A stretch of DNA of 64,000 nucleotides from Eledone cirrhosa (Eukaryota): the NCBI GenBank assembly GCA_964016885.1, contig OZ024741.1, positions 84,692,001 to 84,756,000 of the forward strand, in the 5' to 3' direction. The position numbers and the translations under genes are program-made. The first letter of the stretch is position 1. Every line of letters starts with the position of its first letter. Of this stretch, positions 1-13,660 are shown one piece after another. Under the pieces are notes generated by a model. The model had not been told where the DNA came from, searched no databases, and saw nothing but the letters and a program-made list of their open reading frames with translations.

Positions 1-3000
1 CCATTTTTGCCACATTCACCCACTTTTCAGCGAATTTACTGGGGTGTAGCACCTCTCTCTCCACTCTCACCTTCCTTCTGAAGTGCTCCTTAATGAAGGG
101 GATAAGTTGTTGTCCGGAGAGAAAGGTGTTTGCTCTCAGTCCTTGTAACCTCGTCCACCATATTACCTCTTTTGCCATAGCCACCAGGCAGAGGAAAACC
201 GCCTCACCTTCGTTCTTAAATGAAGGCGGCGGGGTGATCCTCACGATGGACTCGGCTGACAACTGGATGCGTCCCACACGTGACAGCAGCTGTTTGACAT
301 AATTCCACAGGTCGGTCACCCCTGCGCACTGAACAATTGCGTGCAGAACGGTTTCGATGTCCTGCTCGCATCTTGGACAGATCCTTTTGGCAGGATCTCT
401 GCCAGGGCGTCCGTGCCTGTAGATTTTGTCTCGAACTGGTAGAGCTCCTCGGTAGCACTGCCAAGCCAGAGACACCTGGAAGTTATCCATAGGCCCTGGA
501 CGGAAAGTCCTCTCGAACAGTCTGGTCAGTTCGTCCTCTTCGATGCCTAGAGTTTCCCCGAGAACGTCGTCGCACTTATCTTCCACTAATCCCCTATAGA
601 ATGTCGAAGTAGAGTCTCCGCTGATTTCCGTTTCCGCTTGGTAGATGGCTGTGAGCACCTGTAGGCATTCGAGGTGCAAGGCACCCATTTTCGGTCTTCG
701 CTTGACCCAGGACTTCAGATCTGTTAGTGAGACGAGTTGTGGAAGAGCTTGTCTCACAAACGGCAGCCACACCGGTTCACCGGTCAGGAATACCTGGATA
801 TGGCGTAGCCTCAGCGCATGTTTGCGCATAATCAGCCTCGGCATGCCCAGCCCTCCATTAGAAGGGTGTTGACAGCAGATGGATCTCCTCACCAATGGAG
901 CCTATTTCTTCCAGAGGAACTTGAAGAGTAGACGTTCCATTTTGGTAAAGTATTCGAGGAGGCAAAGCGCGACTGTCAAGCGGTAGTAGATGACGGACGC
1001 TATGTAAGTGTTCGCCACCTCAGCTCGACCTTTCAATGAGAGTTTGCAGTCAGCCCACTTCTGGGTGAGTGCAAACACCTTCGCCGTGACCTCGTTCCAG
1101 TTCTTGTCCACCTGGAGGTCTGGACCAAACCAGACCCCGAGCAATTTCACCGGTCCTTCCGTCCAGCATCCGACGACACTGTCGGAAGGCATCGGTTTGG
1201 CTCTCCATGTGCCGAGTTGCAAACCGACAGACTTGTTTGGGTTTAGTATTGCTCCTGTCAACGTTTCGTATTCCTGTAATAGGTTGCCGATTACCCTGAT
1301 GTCCGAGGTTTTCGACATCATTACGGTTATGGCGTCAGCATAGGCTGACGCTGCTTTCCGCAGTCCCGGTTCGATCGGGATGCCTTGCAACAGCTCAGTT
1401 TCCGCAGTAACGGCTCGAGAGTCAGAACATACAGAATGAAGAAGAGAGGGCTTCCCTGACGGATGGAACGCATGATTTGGAATGTCTCTGATAGGTAGCC
1501 ATTCACCTTGACTGTCGAGCAGATGCTGGTGTGCATGGCAGCGATCCAGCCTCTGAAGACGGGACCGAAGCCGCCCGCCTTGAGAACTGCTTCCAAGTAT
1601 TGATGGTCGACCCTATCAAATTCCTTAGACTGATCTAAATTGATCAGAGCCCCACCAAAGCCAGGTTTACACCCTACTCTCTCTATGATGTATCGCATGA
1701 GGTGGAGGTTGTCGTGTATGGACCTGGTCGGGATTGCACACGTTTGGGCTTCCCCTACCAGGTTCTCAACGACAAGCGCCAGCCTTGCTGCTAACACCTT
1801 CGGCAAAATCTTTAACTCTGTGTTGAGCGGAGTTATGGGCCTGAAATTGTTTATCTCATCCCCCTTGTTCTAATCTTTCCTGATCAGCGTTACTACGCCT
1901 CTGCCTACAGAACTGGAAATCCTCCTTTTCTGCCGCCAGTTGCAGTAGACCGCTTCGAGGACGCCAGAGAACAAGTCTGGCATGCCTAAGTAAAACTCAT
2001 AGGGTATACCATCTAAACCGGGTGATTTACGTTTCCCGCAGCGGCCTAGGACATCTTCTATTTCGCCCGCTGTGATCGGCCTTTCGCAGCTCTCCGCATC
2101 CGAGCTCGAGAGTCGCGGTACGCCGTCGAGGTAGGAGCTGAAGTCCATCACCTCGCTCGATGTACCGCTTTGTCCGGACATTTGTGCAAAATGCTGCTGG
2201 AAGGCCGCGCACATCTGCTTGGATTCAAGTATAATGCGTCCATATTTGTCTTGCAAAGACCGAATTGTGGATTTGTTGCCACTTTTCGCCTCTGCCACTC
2301 GGGCCCAGCTAACAGCTTTGGCTCCCTCGTTTCTTAGATAACGTGTTCTACATCTGACAATACAACATTCGTGTTTCACGTTGAAGAACTGGTCTAGAGC
2401 CGTTCTCGCCGCTAGCACGTCAACTGTACTGCCATTCCTAAGTGCCTCTTCTATTTTAGCTACCAGTTCCTTTTCAGTTTTGTTTTTTTCTAAAGCTACT
2501 TCCTTGCTAAATGCTATCGATTCTATTATAATTGCTCTCTTCAGAAAGCTCCACCACCTGTTGTTGACGATCGCCCCCGTCAACTAGCACTTAACTAAGG
2601 TGCTAATCTGTTTACTTTAGGCCTTACGCGCCGGGAGCGACATGTTTAGCTTCCAGTATCCGGGTCCCTGTCTATGTGTTCTATCAAAGTTGACTACGCA
2701 GGTGACTAATTTGTGGTCTGAATAGGGAACCATGTGCATTTGTGGACAGCTTAATGTTTCCTTATCATTCTGTCTAATTAAAAATCTATCTAAATACGAT
2801 CTAGAAGACTCAGTGCGGTTGCTCCACGTCCACAGTGGTGCACTTGGGAAGTCTGGTCGATATCTATCAGCCAGTTGGAATTGGCTAATGAGATTTTTGA
2901 GGCTATTACACCCCCCCCCCCTCTATTATCACAAGCTCCTACATAGTCCCAACGTGCGTCTAAGATGCCATTCCAGTCTCCCGCTAACACTAAGGTGGGA

Positions 3001-3058
3001 GACGTTCCTAGGAATGGCTCCAGACGCTTGAAGAACTCTGGTCGCGATGTCCCAGTCG
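1..3058 (-). mobile_element. Tx1-like (L1 clade) non-LTR retrotransposon copy C: ORF2 only (part of APE endonuclease, RT, C-terminal CCHC), frameshifted, runs off the window start
   Basis: Minus-strand ORF pieces 2790-2990 (LAGDWNGILD, APE), 1870-2583 (KSPGLDGIPYEFY), 1327-1806 (LINLDQSKEFDRVDH, RQGSPL), 902-1390 (YADA, mutated YADD); CPRC..ETVLHAIVQC near 330-385. Colinear with copies A and B. Confidence 0.9.
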
Positions 3059-3065
3059 ATGTCCC

Positions 3066-6000
3066 AGATGACGGATGCTATGAAAGTGTTCGCCACCTCC
3101 GCTCGACATTTCAAGGACAGTTTGCACTCTGCCCACTTGAGCGCAAACACCTTTGCCGTGACCTCGTTCCAGTTTTTCTCCACCTGGAGGTCTGGACCGA
3201 ATCAGACACCGAGCAATTTCACCGCACCGTCTGTCCAGCGTCCAACGACGTTGTCGGACGTCATCGGTTTGCCTCTCCACGTACCGAGTTGCAAACCGAC
3301 AGACTTGTCCGGGTTTAGTTTTGCTCCCGTCGGCGTTTCGTATTCTTTCAGTAAGTTGCAGATCACCCCGATATCCGAGGTGCTCGACACCATTACCGTC
3401 ACGTCGTCGGCATAAACCGACGCCGCTTTGCGCAGTCCCGGTTCTAGAGGGATGCTCTGCAGCAGCTCCAATTTCCGCAGTACTGGCTCTAGAGTCAATA
3501 CATACAGAATGGAGGAGAGAGGGCATGCCTGTCGAATGGAACGCGTGAATGCGAACGGCTCCGATAGGTAGCCATTCACCTTGACTCTCGAGCAGATGAT
3601 GGTGTGTATCGCCTCGATCCAGCCTCTGAAAACGGGACCGAAACCGGCCGCCTTGAGAACCGCTTCCAAGTATCGATGGTCGACCCTGTCGAATGCCTTA
3701 GACTGATCCAAATTCATCAGAACCCCACCGAAGCCGGGTCTACTGCCCACCCTCTCTATGTTATATCGCATGAGGTGGAGGTTGTCGTGTATGGACCTGG
3801 TCGGGATTGCACACGTTTGCGCTTTCCCTACCAGGTTCTCGACGACAAGCGCCATGCTCGCCGCTAGCACCTTGACCAAAATCTTTAACTCTGTGTTGAG
3901 CAGAGTTATGGGCCTGAAGTTGTTAATTTCGTCCCCCTTGTTCTCGTCTTTCCTGATCAGCGTTACTACGCCCTTGCCTGAAGAACTTGGAATTCTCCTG
4001 TTCTGCTGCCAATTGTAGTAGACGGTCTCGAGGACGCCAGAGAACAAGTCCGGCATGCCTATGTAAAACTCATAGGGTAGGCTATCTATACCGGGTGACT
4101 TGCGTTTCCCGCAGCGGCCCAGAGCGTCTCGTATCTCAGTGTCCGTGATCGGTCTTTCGCAGAACTAGGCGTCCGTGTTCGAGAGAAGCGGCAAGCCGTC
4201 GATGTATGAACTAGAGTCCATTGCCCTGTTCGGCTTACCGTCGTTCTGCTCAAACAGTCGCGCAAAGTGCTGCTGAAAGGCCGCGCACATTCGCTTGGGG
4301 TCAAGTAGGACGCGTCCGTTTTGGTCATTCAAAGACCGAATCGTGGACTTGTTGCCACTTTTTACCTCCGCCACTCGGGCCCAGCTGACAGCTCTCGATC
4401 CTTCACTTCCTAGAGCACATGTTTTGCTTCTGACCACGCAACCTTCGTGTTTCGCGTCGAAGAACTGGTCTAGCCACGAAGAAAAATCTAGCCGCGTTGC
4501 CACTTTTAAGTGCCTCCCTCTACCTTGGCTACTAGTGCTCTTTCTATTTTGTTTTTCTCTAAGGCTAACTCTCTGCTAAACTCTATCGATTCTACACTAA
4601 TTGCTTTCTTGAGAGAGTACCACCATCCATTGTTGACGATGGCTCCCGTTAACTGTTGCTTGACTAGTCTACTTATCCGTTCACTGTAAGCTTTACGTGC
4701 CGGCAACGACACGTTCAGCTTCCAGGACCCGGGTCCCTGTCTATGTATTCTATCACGGTTGACTAAGCAGACGACTAATTTGTATTCTGAGTAGGCAACC
4801 ATGTGCATTCGTGGACAGCTTAACATCTCCTTGTCCCTTTCTCTAATGAAGAACCTATCTAAATACGATATAGATGTCCCGCTGCGGTTTGCCCACGTCC
4901 ACTGTGGTGTAGTAGGGAAATCCAGTCGATACCTATCGGCCAGTTGGAATTGGCCGATTAAAGTTTTAAGGCTGTTGCACCCCCCTCTACTGGGACATGC
5001 TCCCACATAGTCCCATCGTGCATCTAGGATACATTCCAGTCCCCCACTAAAAGTAAGGAGCGAGATCTTCCCAGAAAAGTCTCTAGACGCTTAAAGAAGT
5101 CTGGTGGTGATTGCGATTTCCCGGTCGGGGCATAAACAGCCACCAGTCTGAAGGCTCCACCTCCAATACTGTTCACGTCTAGGACTACCAGTCTACCTTC
5201 CGGGTCCAAGTGTACTTGCTGTACTTCGACGTCCAGGTTCTTCCAAAACATGACAGCCACTCCCCCTCCACCTCCTGGCTGACAGAGAGTTGCGTAGATC
5301 TCAAAGTCGTCGAAGATGGGGGTTAGCTGCTGCCTGTTGTGGATCCTGGACTCGGTGATGGCTATCACATCCATACCGTGTGACCTAAGGTCGTTTAAAA
5401 GTTGGCCCTGTTTCCAGGGCATGCCTAGGCCACGCACATTCACGCTTCCAACTCGTAAACTAGCCATGTTGGTGGAGAAGAGTTGACGAAAAGGAAGAAA
5501 AGCTGCACTTACCTTTTCGTTTCCTGGAGATCGGGTTGTTCAATCTCCATTTCAGTTCTGGTGGGGCTGTTGGGTGGAGTGGGGAAACATTTTAATAAGA
5601 CGCGGTTTATAGGTTTTTGACAGGGGTTGCCAACATCCTGCGAAAATTGTTCTTTCAATTTCTGATAAGTTTCTATCGAAACCCTTATTAGTTTTAGGTT
5701 TAGAGACGATTCTGCTTTGACGAAAGTTTTGCCCTCCGTTTCCACCTTGGGGTTTTGGGAGATGACCTACATCAAACTCTTGTTGTTTGTGTTGATGTAT
5801 GCGTATTGTTGTTTGTGTTTTTGTTGTGTTGTTTTAGTTTGTTGTTCGTCCGGGAGTTTTCTTTTTATGGTGGGTGCTTGTGTTTGGGGTGGTGTTGGGT
5901 GTTGGTTTTGCTGGTAGGGGGATGTTTGACTGTGGTGTTCTTTGTGTTGTTGTTTGTGTCTGTTGTTGTGTGTTGGTGTTGGTGATTGGAGTTTTGGGGA

Positions 6001-7757
6001 TTTTGTGGTGTCTCTTTTTTTGTTTTTTAGATTTCCGAGGCTCTCCTTCTTCACTTAAAGAAGAAGCCTAAACTGTTTGTGAATAATCATCGAGTGTGGG
6101 GTAGGGGTATGTTGTGTGGTGGTGGTATTTCGGTGTGTGTGTTTGTGGTAGTGTTTGATGGAGTGGGGATGGGGTGGGGCTGTGTTCTTCAGGGGTGTTG
6201 TCTGTGTTTTTTCTGTTGTTTTTGGTTGAGTGGCTATTTGTTTTTGGTGTGTTTGCTTGTTTCGTGAGTTGTTGTTGTGGTGGTGGTTGTTTTGGTGTTG
6301 GTGTTGGTAACAGTGTTTTCTTTTGTATTGTTTTGGTTCAGCGTGTTTGTAAAGGGCAGGAGGCCTTTAGGTGTGTTGTACTATTGCAACGAAAGCAATG
6401 TGGTTTTGATCCCTCCACCGAAATGTTTATGTGGCTGTTGTTGTCCACCAGCACTTTTTCTGGTATTTTGGAGATTCTTTCTGGGCTCATTTGCACCAGA
6501 ATTTCTAAATTTGTACCAGACCAGGTGTGTCTGGTTGACTTTTTGATGGAGAGAATAGTGTCTTTTCTCTCCTCTAAAAATCCTGCCAATACCCACCAAA
6601 TATTAATATTTGGTGGTATGTTTGAAACTCTAATTTTTTGTGTCTTTCTTCCCAGGTATGTAGGGAAAAAGGTATATTTGTGTGACAGTATTGGCGTCAC
6701 TGAGTATCTTTGTGCAAGGGCCTCGCTTTTGAGGAGTACCGAAATACTCCCGTACTGTTTGGCCCTCTGCATAAAGTCAATGTCTGGCAATATCTCCTTC
6801 AAGGTTGCCTCAATTTCCCCTTGGCTGAGGAATGCTGGTCGTTTTGTTTCCTTTGAAACAGTTCTGAAGGTTTGTCCTTCGAAATGTTTCCTGACGAATT
6901 TCTGGGGGTGAGTTTATCTGAAATCCACCGTTTTCACCGAAAGTGATAAACTCCTTTGCTTCAGAGAGCATCTGTTTCGCATTGGAGATATCGATATCCT
7001 TGAACTCTTGTGTCTTGATGACTGTTTGCGCAAAAGTTTTTTTGGTGTTGTTGTTATCGTTGTTGGTGTGGTTGTCGGTTTTTTCCGTTTGTAGTTGTAT
7101 CAATGGTTTTATTTTCTGTTGTTGTTTGTGTTGTTTTGGGGTGTCTGTTGTACCATCATGTGTGGTTCGATCTTGTTTATATTTGTGTTGTCCATATTGG
7201 TTTCCATGGTGAAGCCAATACATGCAGAGTTAGAGGTAACGTTATTATTATTTGTGACTGTTTTCGTAAAAGTTATTTTTTTGGTAGTTGTTGTTGTGGT
7301 GGTTGTCGGGTTTTCCGTTTGTAGTTGTGTCAATTGTTTTTTCTGTTGATTTTGGTGTCTGTTGTACACTGTGTAGTTCACTGTGCGATTCAATTTTGTT
7401 TGTGTTGTCATCTTCACACGTTACACAAAACTTTGTTAACTACATCGATACAGGCAAAGTTCTTAACAACGTTAAAGTCTATTTCTTCTTTCCTTTTTCC
7501 TTCTTCAATGTTCGTTAGCGTTCTTTGAACGCTTGCCATAGCTGATGGCAAAATATTAAACATTTTTAACAGTTTTCAAATTAATTTCAAATTAAATTTT
7601 CGCCCTTGTGGGGGCGAAAAATGAGATTGCCACCCAGCTGACAATTCAGCCTGGGGATTAATCTACAAAACAATGTGTTTTTTTTAAACAAGAATTTCTG
7701 TTTTTTGTAAATAAATTGACAGAAACTTACCAGCAAAATTGTGTGCGTGCCGCTACT

Positions 7758-7758
<1 letters not shown>
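3066..7758 (-). mobile_element. Tx1-like LINE copy B: 5' end, ORF1 and ORF2 (APE + RT), 3'-truncated
   Basis: ORF1 pieces 7109-7417, 6810-7223, 6338-6802 (zinc knuckle CFRCNSTTHLKASC), 5509-5745; ORF2 starts 5467 (MASLRVGSVNVRGL, LLVGDWN, SYLDRF), RT 3202-4056 (DQSKAFDRVDH, YADD). 5' end abuts (AGAT)n at 7759. Confidence 0.9.

Positions 7759-7795
<37 letters not shown>
7759..7795. repeat. (GATA)n microsatellite separating Tx1 copies A and B
   Basis: agatagat... about 9 units. Confidence 0.95.
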
Positions 7796-7796
<1 letters not shown>

Positions 7797-10700
7797 GTTT
7801 CTATTTATTTGCCACGAGGGCACAAAATAAGAGGACAAATACAAGGGGAGGAATTTACGTAAAGGAACGAGTAAAAAACAAATAACAAATATAAAATTAA
7901 CAATACAGTCCTCAATAGGGAGGAGGCGTTTTGGGAGTTACACACACCCCCGAAGAAGTGTGTAACCCTTTTCCTTAGGAGCACAGAGAGGGGGTGCTCC
8001 TTTGAACTTCCACCTTTCCACCTACAGGCTGATAAAGAGAGAAGGCCCATTCACACGGGCCATTTACGCTACTTTCACCCACCTTTCATATAACTTGCTG
8101 GGGTAGAGCACCTCTCTCTCCATTCTAATCCTTCTCTTAAAATGGTATTTAAAGAAAAGGACCAGTTGTTGGCCAGAGAGAAAGGTATCCGACCTCAGCC
8201 CTTTCAAACGTGTCCACCATACCACCTCTTTCACCATGGCTATTACACAGAGGAAGACCGCCTCTCCTTCATTTTTGAAGGGGAGAGGCGGCTTGATCGT
8301 TATAATGGACTCGGTAGTCAACCGGATTGGTCCCACCCGTGACAGCAGTCGTTCGACATAGCCCCACAGATCGGCAACGCCCAAGCAGTGTACCAATGCG
8401 TGCGCAACGGTTTCCTCGTCGCGCACGCATCTGGGACAGATCTTCTTCGAGGGGTCCCTATCCGGGCGCCCGTGTCTGTAGAGCTTTTCTCGAACGGGCA
8501 GCACCCCTCGGTAGCACTGCTAGGCCAGGGACCTCTGGAAGTTGTCCATAGGTCCCGGGCCAAATGTCCTGCGGAATAGGCTAGAAGGTTCGTCTTCTTC
8601 CATGCCTAGGGCTTGTCTGAGGGCGTCGTTGCACCTACTAATCACCAGCCCTCTATAGAATGACGAGGTGGAGTCTCCACCGACAGCCGGGTCCGCCTGC
8701 CAGAGAGCCTTGAGCGCCTGGGCACACTCGGTGTGCCAGGCGCCTAGTTTTCTCGGTCTTTGCTTGACCCAGGACTGCAGCTCGGTGAGCGACACGAGTC
8801 TCGGAAAGGCTCGCCTCACAAAACGGGCCCACACCGGTTGACCGGTGAGGAATACCTGGAGGTGCCGTAACCTTAATGCGTGTTTACGTATCTCCAGCCA
8901 GGGCATCCCCAGCCCTCCTTTTGAAGGGTGTTGACAGCAGATGGATCTCCTCACCAAAGGGGCCCGCTTCTTCCAAAGGAAATGGAAGAGTGCGCGCTCC
9001 ATTTTCGTGAGCGTTTCCCTTGGGCAAGGCACGATGGTCAGGCGGTAATAGATGACGGACGCTATATAAGCGTTCGCCACCTCTGCCCGACCTTTCAGGG
9101 ATAGTTTGCACTCAGCCCACTTCTGCGTCAGCGCAAACACCCTGTTCGATACCTCACTCCAGTTCTTCTCCACCTGGAGGTCTGGCCCGAACCAGACCTT
9201 GAGCAACTTCACCTGGCCCTCCATCCAACGTCCACAACGCCGTTGGAGACCATCGGTTTGCCCCTCCACTCGCCGAGTTGCAAACCGTCTGACTTGTCCC
9301 GGTTCAGCTTAGCCCCTGTAAACTTTTCGTATATCTCCAGTAAGGTGCCGATCACTCCGATTTTCGAGGCGGTTGACAGTATTACTGTCACGTCATCGGC
9401 GTAGGCCGACACCGCTTTCCGCAATCCCGGTTCTAAAGGGATGCTCTGTAAAAACTCCAACTTCCGCAGCAGTGGCTCTAGGGCCAATACATACAGAAGG
9501 GAGGAGAGAGGGCATCCCTGTCGGATGGACCGCGTGATTTCGAATGACTCGGAGAGGTAGCCTTTCACCTTGACCCTAGAGCAGATGCGGCTGCTGTGCA
9601 TGGCAGTGATCCGGCCCCTTAAAACGGGTCCAAAATCTGCCGCCAGTAGCACCGCATCCAGGTAACGATGGTCGACCCTATCGAACGCTTTAGATTGATC
9701 CAAGTTGATCAGGGCCCCACCAAAGCCGGGTCCGTTCCCAACCCTCTCTATGATGTATCGCATGAGCTGGAGGTTGTCGTGAATGGACCTGGACGTGATG
9801 GCGCATGTCTGCGCATCTCTCACCAGGTTGCCCACGACAAGCGCCAACCTCTTTGCTAACACCTTGGCCAAAATATTTAACTCTGCATTTAGCAGAATTA
9901 TGGGCCTAAAATTATTTATTTCATCCTCCTTGTTCTCGTCCTTCCTCATTAGGCGAGACTATGCCCTTGGTCACAGAACAGGGAATTCTCCCGTTCTGTT
10001 GCCAGTTGCAGTAGACCGCCTCAAGGAGATCGAAGAACAAGTTCGGCATACTTAAATACAGTTCGTATGGAAGACCATCGAAGCCCGGAGATTTGCGTCT
10101 GCCGCATTGGCTCAGCACGTCCCCTATTTCAGCAGATGAGATTGGCCTCTCGCAGGACTTCACCTCCTCGTCCGAAAGACGCGGCAGGCCGTCGAGGCAT
10201 GGACCGAGGTCCATATCCCCATCCTGCCCCTCGCCCCTCCGACCAATCGGGAAAAGTGCCTTTGAAAGGCCTCGCACATCTGCTTAGGTTCAAGGATCAC
10301 TCGTCCATCCTGGTCTCGCAAAGACCGGATAGTGGATGTAATCCCACTGTTGGCTTCTGTTTCGCGGGCCCAGCTAACAGCTTTGGTACCCCCGTTTACC
10401 AGAGCACGTATTTTGCTTCGGACAACGCAGCCTTCGTGTTTCGCGTCGAAGAACTGGCCCAAGGCCGTTCTCGACGCTAGCACTCTGGCTACGTCGCCGC
10501 TTCTAATTGCCTCTTCTACACTATCTACCAACTCCCTTTCCTTCCTATTTCTATCTGAGGCTAACTCCTCACTGACTCCTATTGAAGCTACTCTAATCTC
10601 TCTTTTGAGAGAGCCCCACCACCTGCTGTTGACGATGGCGTCCGTCAGCCGCTCCCTAACTAAAGTACTAATCCGGTCCCTGTAAGCATTACTTGCCAAT

Positions 10701-13628
10701 AAGGACAAGTTGAGCTTCCAGTAACCGGGTCCCTGTCTATGCGTTCTATCAAGGTTGACCATGGAGGTCACTAATTTGTGGTCTGAATAGCCAACCATGA
10801 GAATTTCTGGACAACTTAAAAGTCCCTATCTTTATTTCTAACTAAGAACCTATCTAGGTACGATCTAGATTGACCGCCATGGTTTGCCCAAGTCCATGTT
10901 GGCACAGTCGGAAAATCTAGTCGATATCTATCGGCCAGGTCGGATCGGCCGATTAACCCTTTGAGGCTGCTACAACCCCCTCTATCAGGACATGCTCCTA
11001 CATAGTCCCAACGTGCATCTAGGATACCATTCCAGTCCCCCGCTAAAAGCAAGGAGCGGGACGTCCCTAGAAAAGTCTCCAGACGTTGGAAGAAGTCCGG
11101 CCGCGCTGACCCAAAAGGGGCGTAGTCGGCGACCAGCCTAAAGGCTCCGCCTTCACCACTGCCAACGTCTAAAACCACCAGTCGACCCTCCGGGTCCAGG
11201 TGTACCGTCTGTGCGGCGAGACCCAGATGTGTTTGTAGTAGAACGACAACCCTACTCCCATCTCCGGGTTGACAGAGAGATGCGTGCATCTCAAAGTCGT
11301 TAAAGGTGGGGCTAGCTGGCGCACGCTACTGATCCGGGCCTCGCAAATGACCATCACATTTATACAGCGTGACCTGAGGTCATTTAGAAGTTTTGCTTGC
11401 TTCCAATATGAGCCCAGACCACGCGCATTTAGACAAGCCACTCTCAATACAGCCATGTTGGTGATAGAGAAAATGGAGGCACCTACCTCTCTGCGTCCCG
11501 GAGACCAGGCCGCACAATTTCCATGGTGGTGGAGGAGGGGTTGCTGGGTGGTGTGGTGGTTTGTGGTGGTGTGGGGACATCAGAGTGTGGTGGGGTTGGG
11601 GTATTTGGTGTGGTGTGGGTGTCTGGGGTGGGGTGGGGAAATTTTTCAAGAGGACTCGTTTCATTGGTTTTACACAGGGAGGGGGTGCTCAGGAAAATTG
11701 TCTTTTAGTTCTATATAAATGTCTATCGGAGTTTTAATCATTTTTAAAGAAGGGTTCTCTGTGGCCCTCGTGAAATTTGGCCCCTCGGTTTACACCGAAG
11801 GGTTTTGTTCAATTTTGTTTACAAGTTTTATATTTTTTGTGTTGAAGTATGTGTATAGTTGTATCTGTGTAATTTTTGTTGGTTTTTGTTCTGTATTTTT
11901 TTTACTTTTGTTTTGGGGAGGGGTTATTTTCCTTTGTGTGGGTGCGGTGTGTTTCCTTTTTTTTCGCTTTATTTTTTGGAAGGGTTCCCCCTCGTCTTCT
12001 GACGTTAAGGGATCCTCTTCCATGTTGGAGGGTAGGGGTATATTTTGGGGTTTTGTTATGTATGTTGTTGTAGTTGTTTTAGGTGGGGAGGGGTTGGGTG
12101 GGACCGTGTTCAGTTTTTTGTTGACTTGTTGTGTTTGTTGTTTTGGGGGTGGTGGTGGTGGTGGTGGTGATTGTGTTTTTGTTTGTGGCGTTGTTATGGG
12201 GTGGAGGGTTTGGGTGGGTCCATGTTCAGTTTTTTGTTGACTTGTGTTTGTTGTTGTCGTTGTGGTGGTGGTGGTGTTGTTTTTGGAGGTGTTGGCAGTA
12301 AAGGTCTTTTAGTTTGTTGAGGACAGGCAGCCCTCAGGTGACCTCTGCCTCCACAGAAGTAGCAAACGGGCCACCTACCCTCAACTGCAATGTTCATAAT
12401 TTGGGAGCCTTCCAGGGACACTCTTTGGGGTATTCTTGCGATACGTTCTGGTTTCATTCGAACCAGACCCTGTATGCCTATACGGCCAAAGTGGCCCCCG
12501 GTGGCTTTGCCTATATCAAGGAGTTCATCTTCGTCGTCCAGTATCCCTCCTAGTATCCACCACATATTGTATTTGGGTGTATACCGGAGATTGTTATTTT
12601 TTGAGTTTTCTTCCCCATATAGGTGGAGAAGAAAGAGTACTGTTTGGTCACAATTGGCGACACAGAGTATTTTTGGGCCACCAATTGGTCCTTCATCAAA
12701 ATTGTCAGACTCCCATATAACTTCCCTCTCTCAATAAAAATCATGTCCTTCAACGCGTCTTTTAACACCAGCTCAATTTCGCTATGCGATAATTGAGCTG
12801 GTTTTTTCGACGCATTTGATATAGTTCTAAAATTAATTGTCCTTAGGACCGTGTCTCTTTTAATATCCTTAGGGGAGATTATGGTGAATTCACCGTTTTC
12901 ACCGAAGCTCACCTGTTTTCTCCCCTCTTTTAGCAATTCCGCTGCATTACTGATGTCAACTGGGGTGAAAGTTTCGGTCTCCTTAACGACCTAGGCAAAG
13001 GATATTCGTGTAGTGGGGTCTTTGTTTGTGTTTCGTTGCTGTTGTTCTTGTTTTCTTGGGTGTTTGCGTTTTGGTTGTTGTTGTTTGCGGTACAGTTTTG
13101 GGGGTTTTCACACATTTTTAGGGGTTTTGAGTTCACATTTATGTTGTTTTCTTTGTCATTGTTGCTGCTGTTTTCGCTTTTGTGTGTGTTTGTGTTATTT
13201 TCTTTGTTATTTGTGTTGGTGTTGTTGGTGTCAGTGTAATTTATACATTCTTTCAATTTGGTGTTTCCAATGTTTGGGTTATTACCTAAGTTTTTAGAAT
13301 TGTTCGCCAAATACACTTCCATACGCGCATGCGAAAGCGAGAGAAGGGTAGCTTCAGTAGGTTGAGTTACTTGTTACTCTTTATCCCTTTCCGTGAGGGG
13401 CGTGGCAGTTGTGTTTTCATGTATGGTGTCCATTATTGTAAGTTGGTATACACATTTTTCAAAGAAGTTTTTACCCCCAAAAAGGGGTAAAAATAAAATA
13501 ACCACTCGTCTGCAAGTCCAGGCGGGAGGTTAGGTTACACAAATAAAGCAAATGAAAAACAAACTCAGTCAAAAACGTAATACAAATCCAAAAGGCTGCA
13601 GCCGAAGTAACACACGTCTACTATCAGC
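7796..13628 (-). mobile_element. Apparently full-length but decayed Tx1-like LINE copy A (ORF1 + ORF2 APE-RT-CCHC)
   Basis: ORF1 13322 to ~11480 (CYFCGGRGHLRAAC); ORF2 11456-8064 in frameshifted pieces (CLNARGL, LAGDWNGILD, RQGCPLS, YADD, CPRCVRDEETVAHALVHC). On the minus strand AATAAA lies just before the (TATC)n tract. Confidence 0.92.
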
Positions 13629-13660
13629 GATAAATAGATAGATAGATAGATAGATAGATA
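13629..13660. repeat. (GATA)n microsatellite at the 5' end of Tx1 copy A
   Basis: gataaatagatagatagatagatagatagata. Confidence 0.95.

Noticed and set aside
93-13297. Plus-strand ORFs over the Tx1 array (e.g. 6174-6911, 11719-12240)
   Set aside because: Antisense shadows of LINE ORFs and G/T-rich low-complexity sequence; no protein motifs
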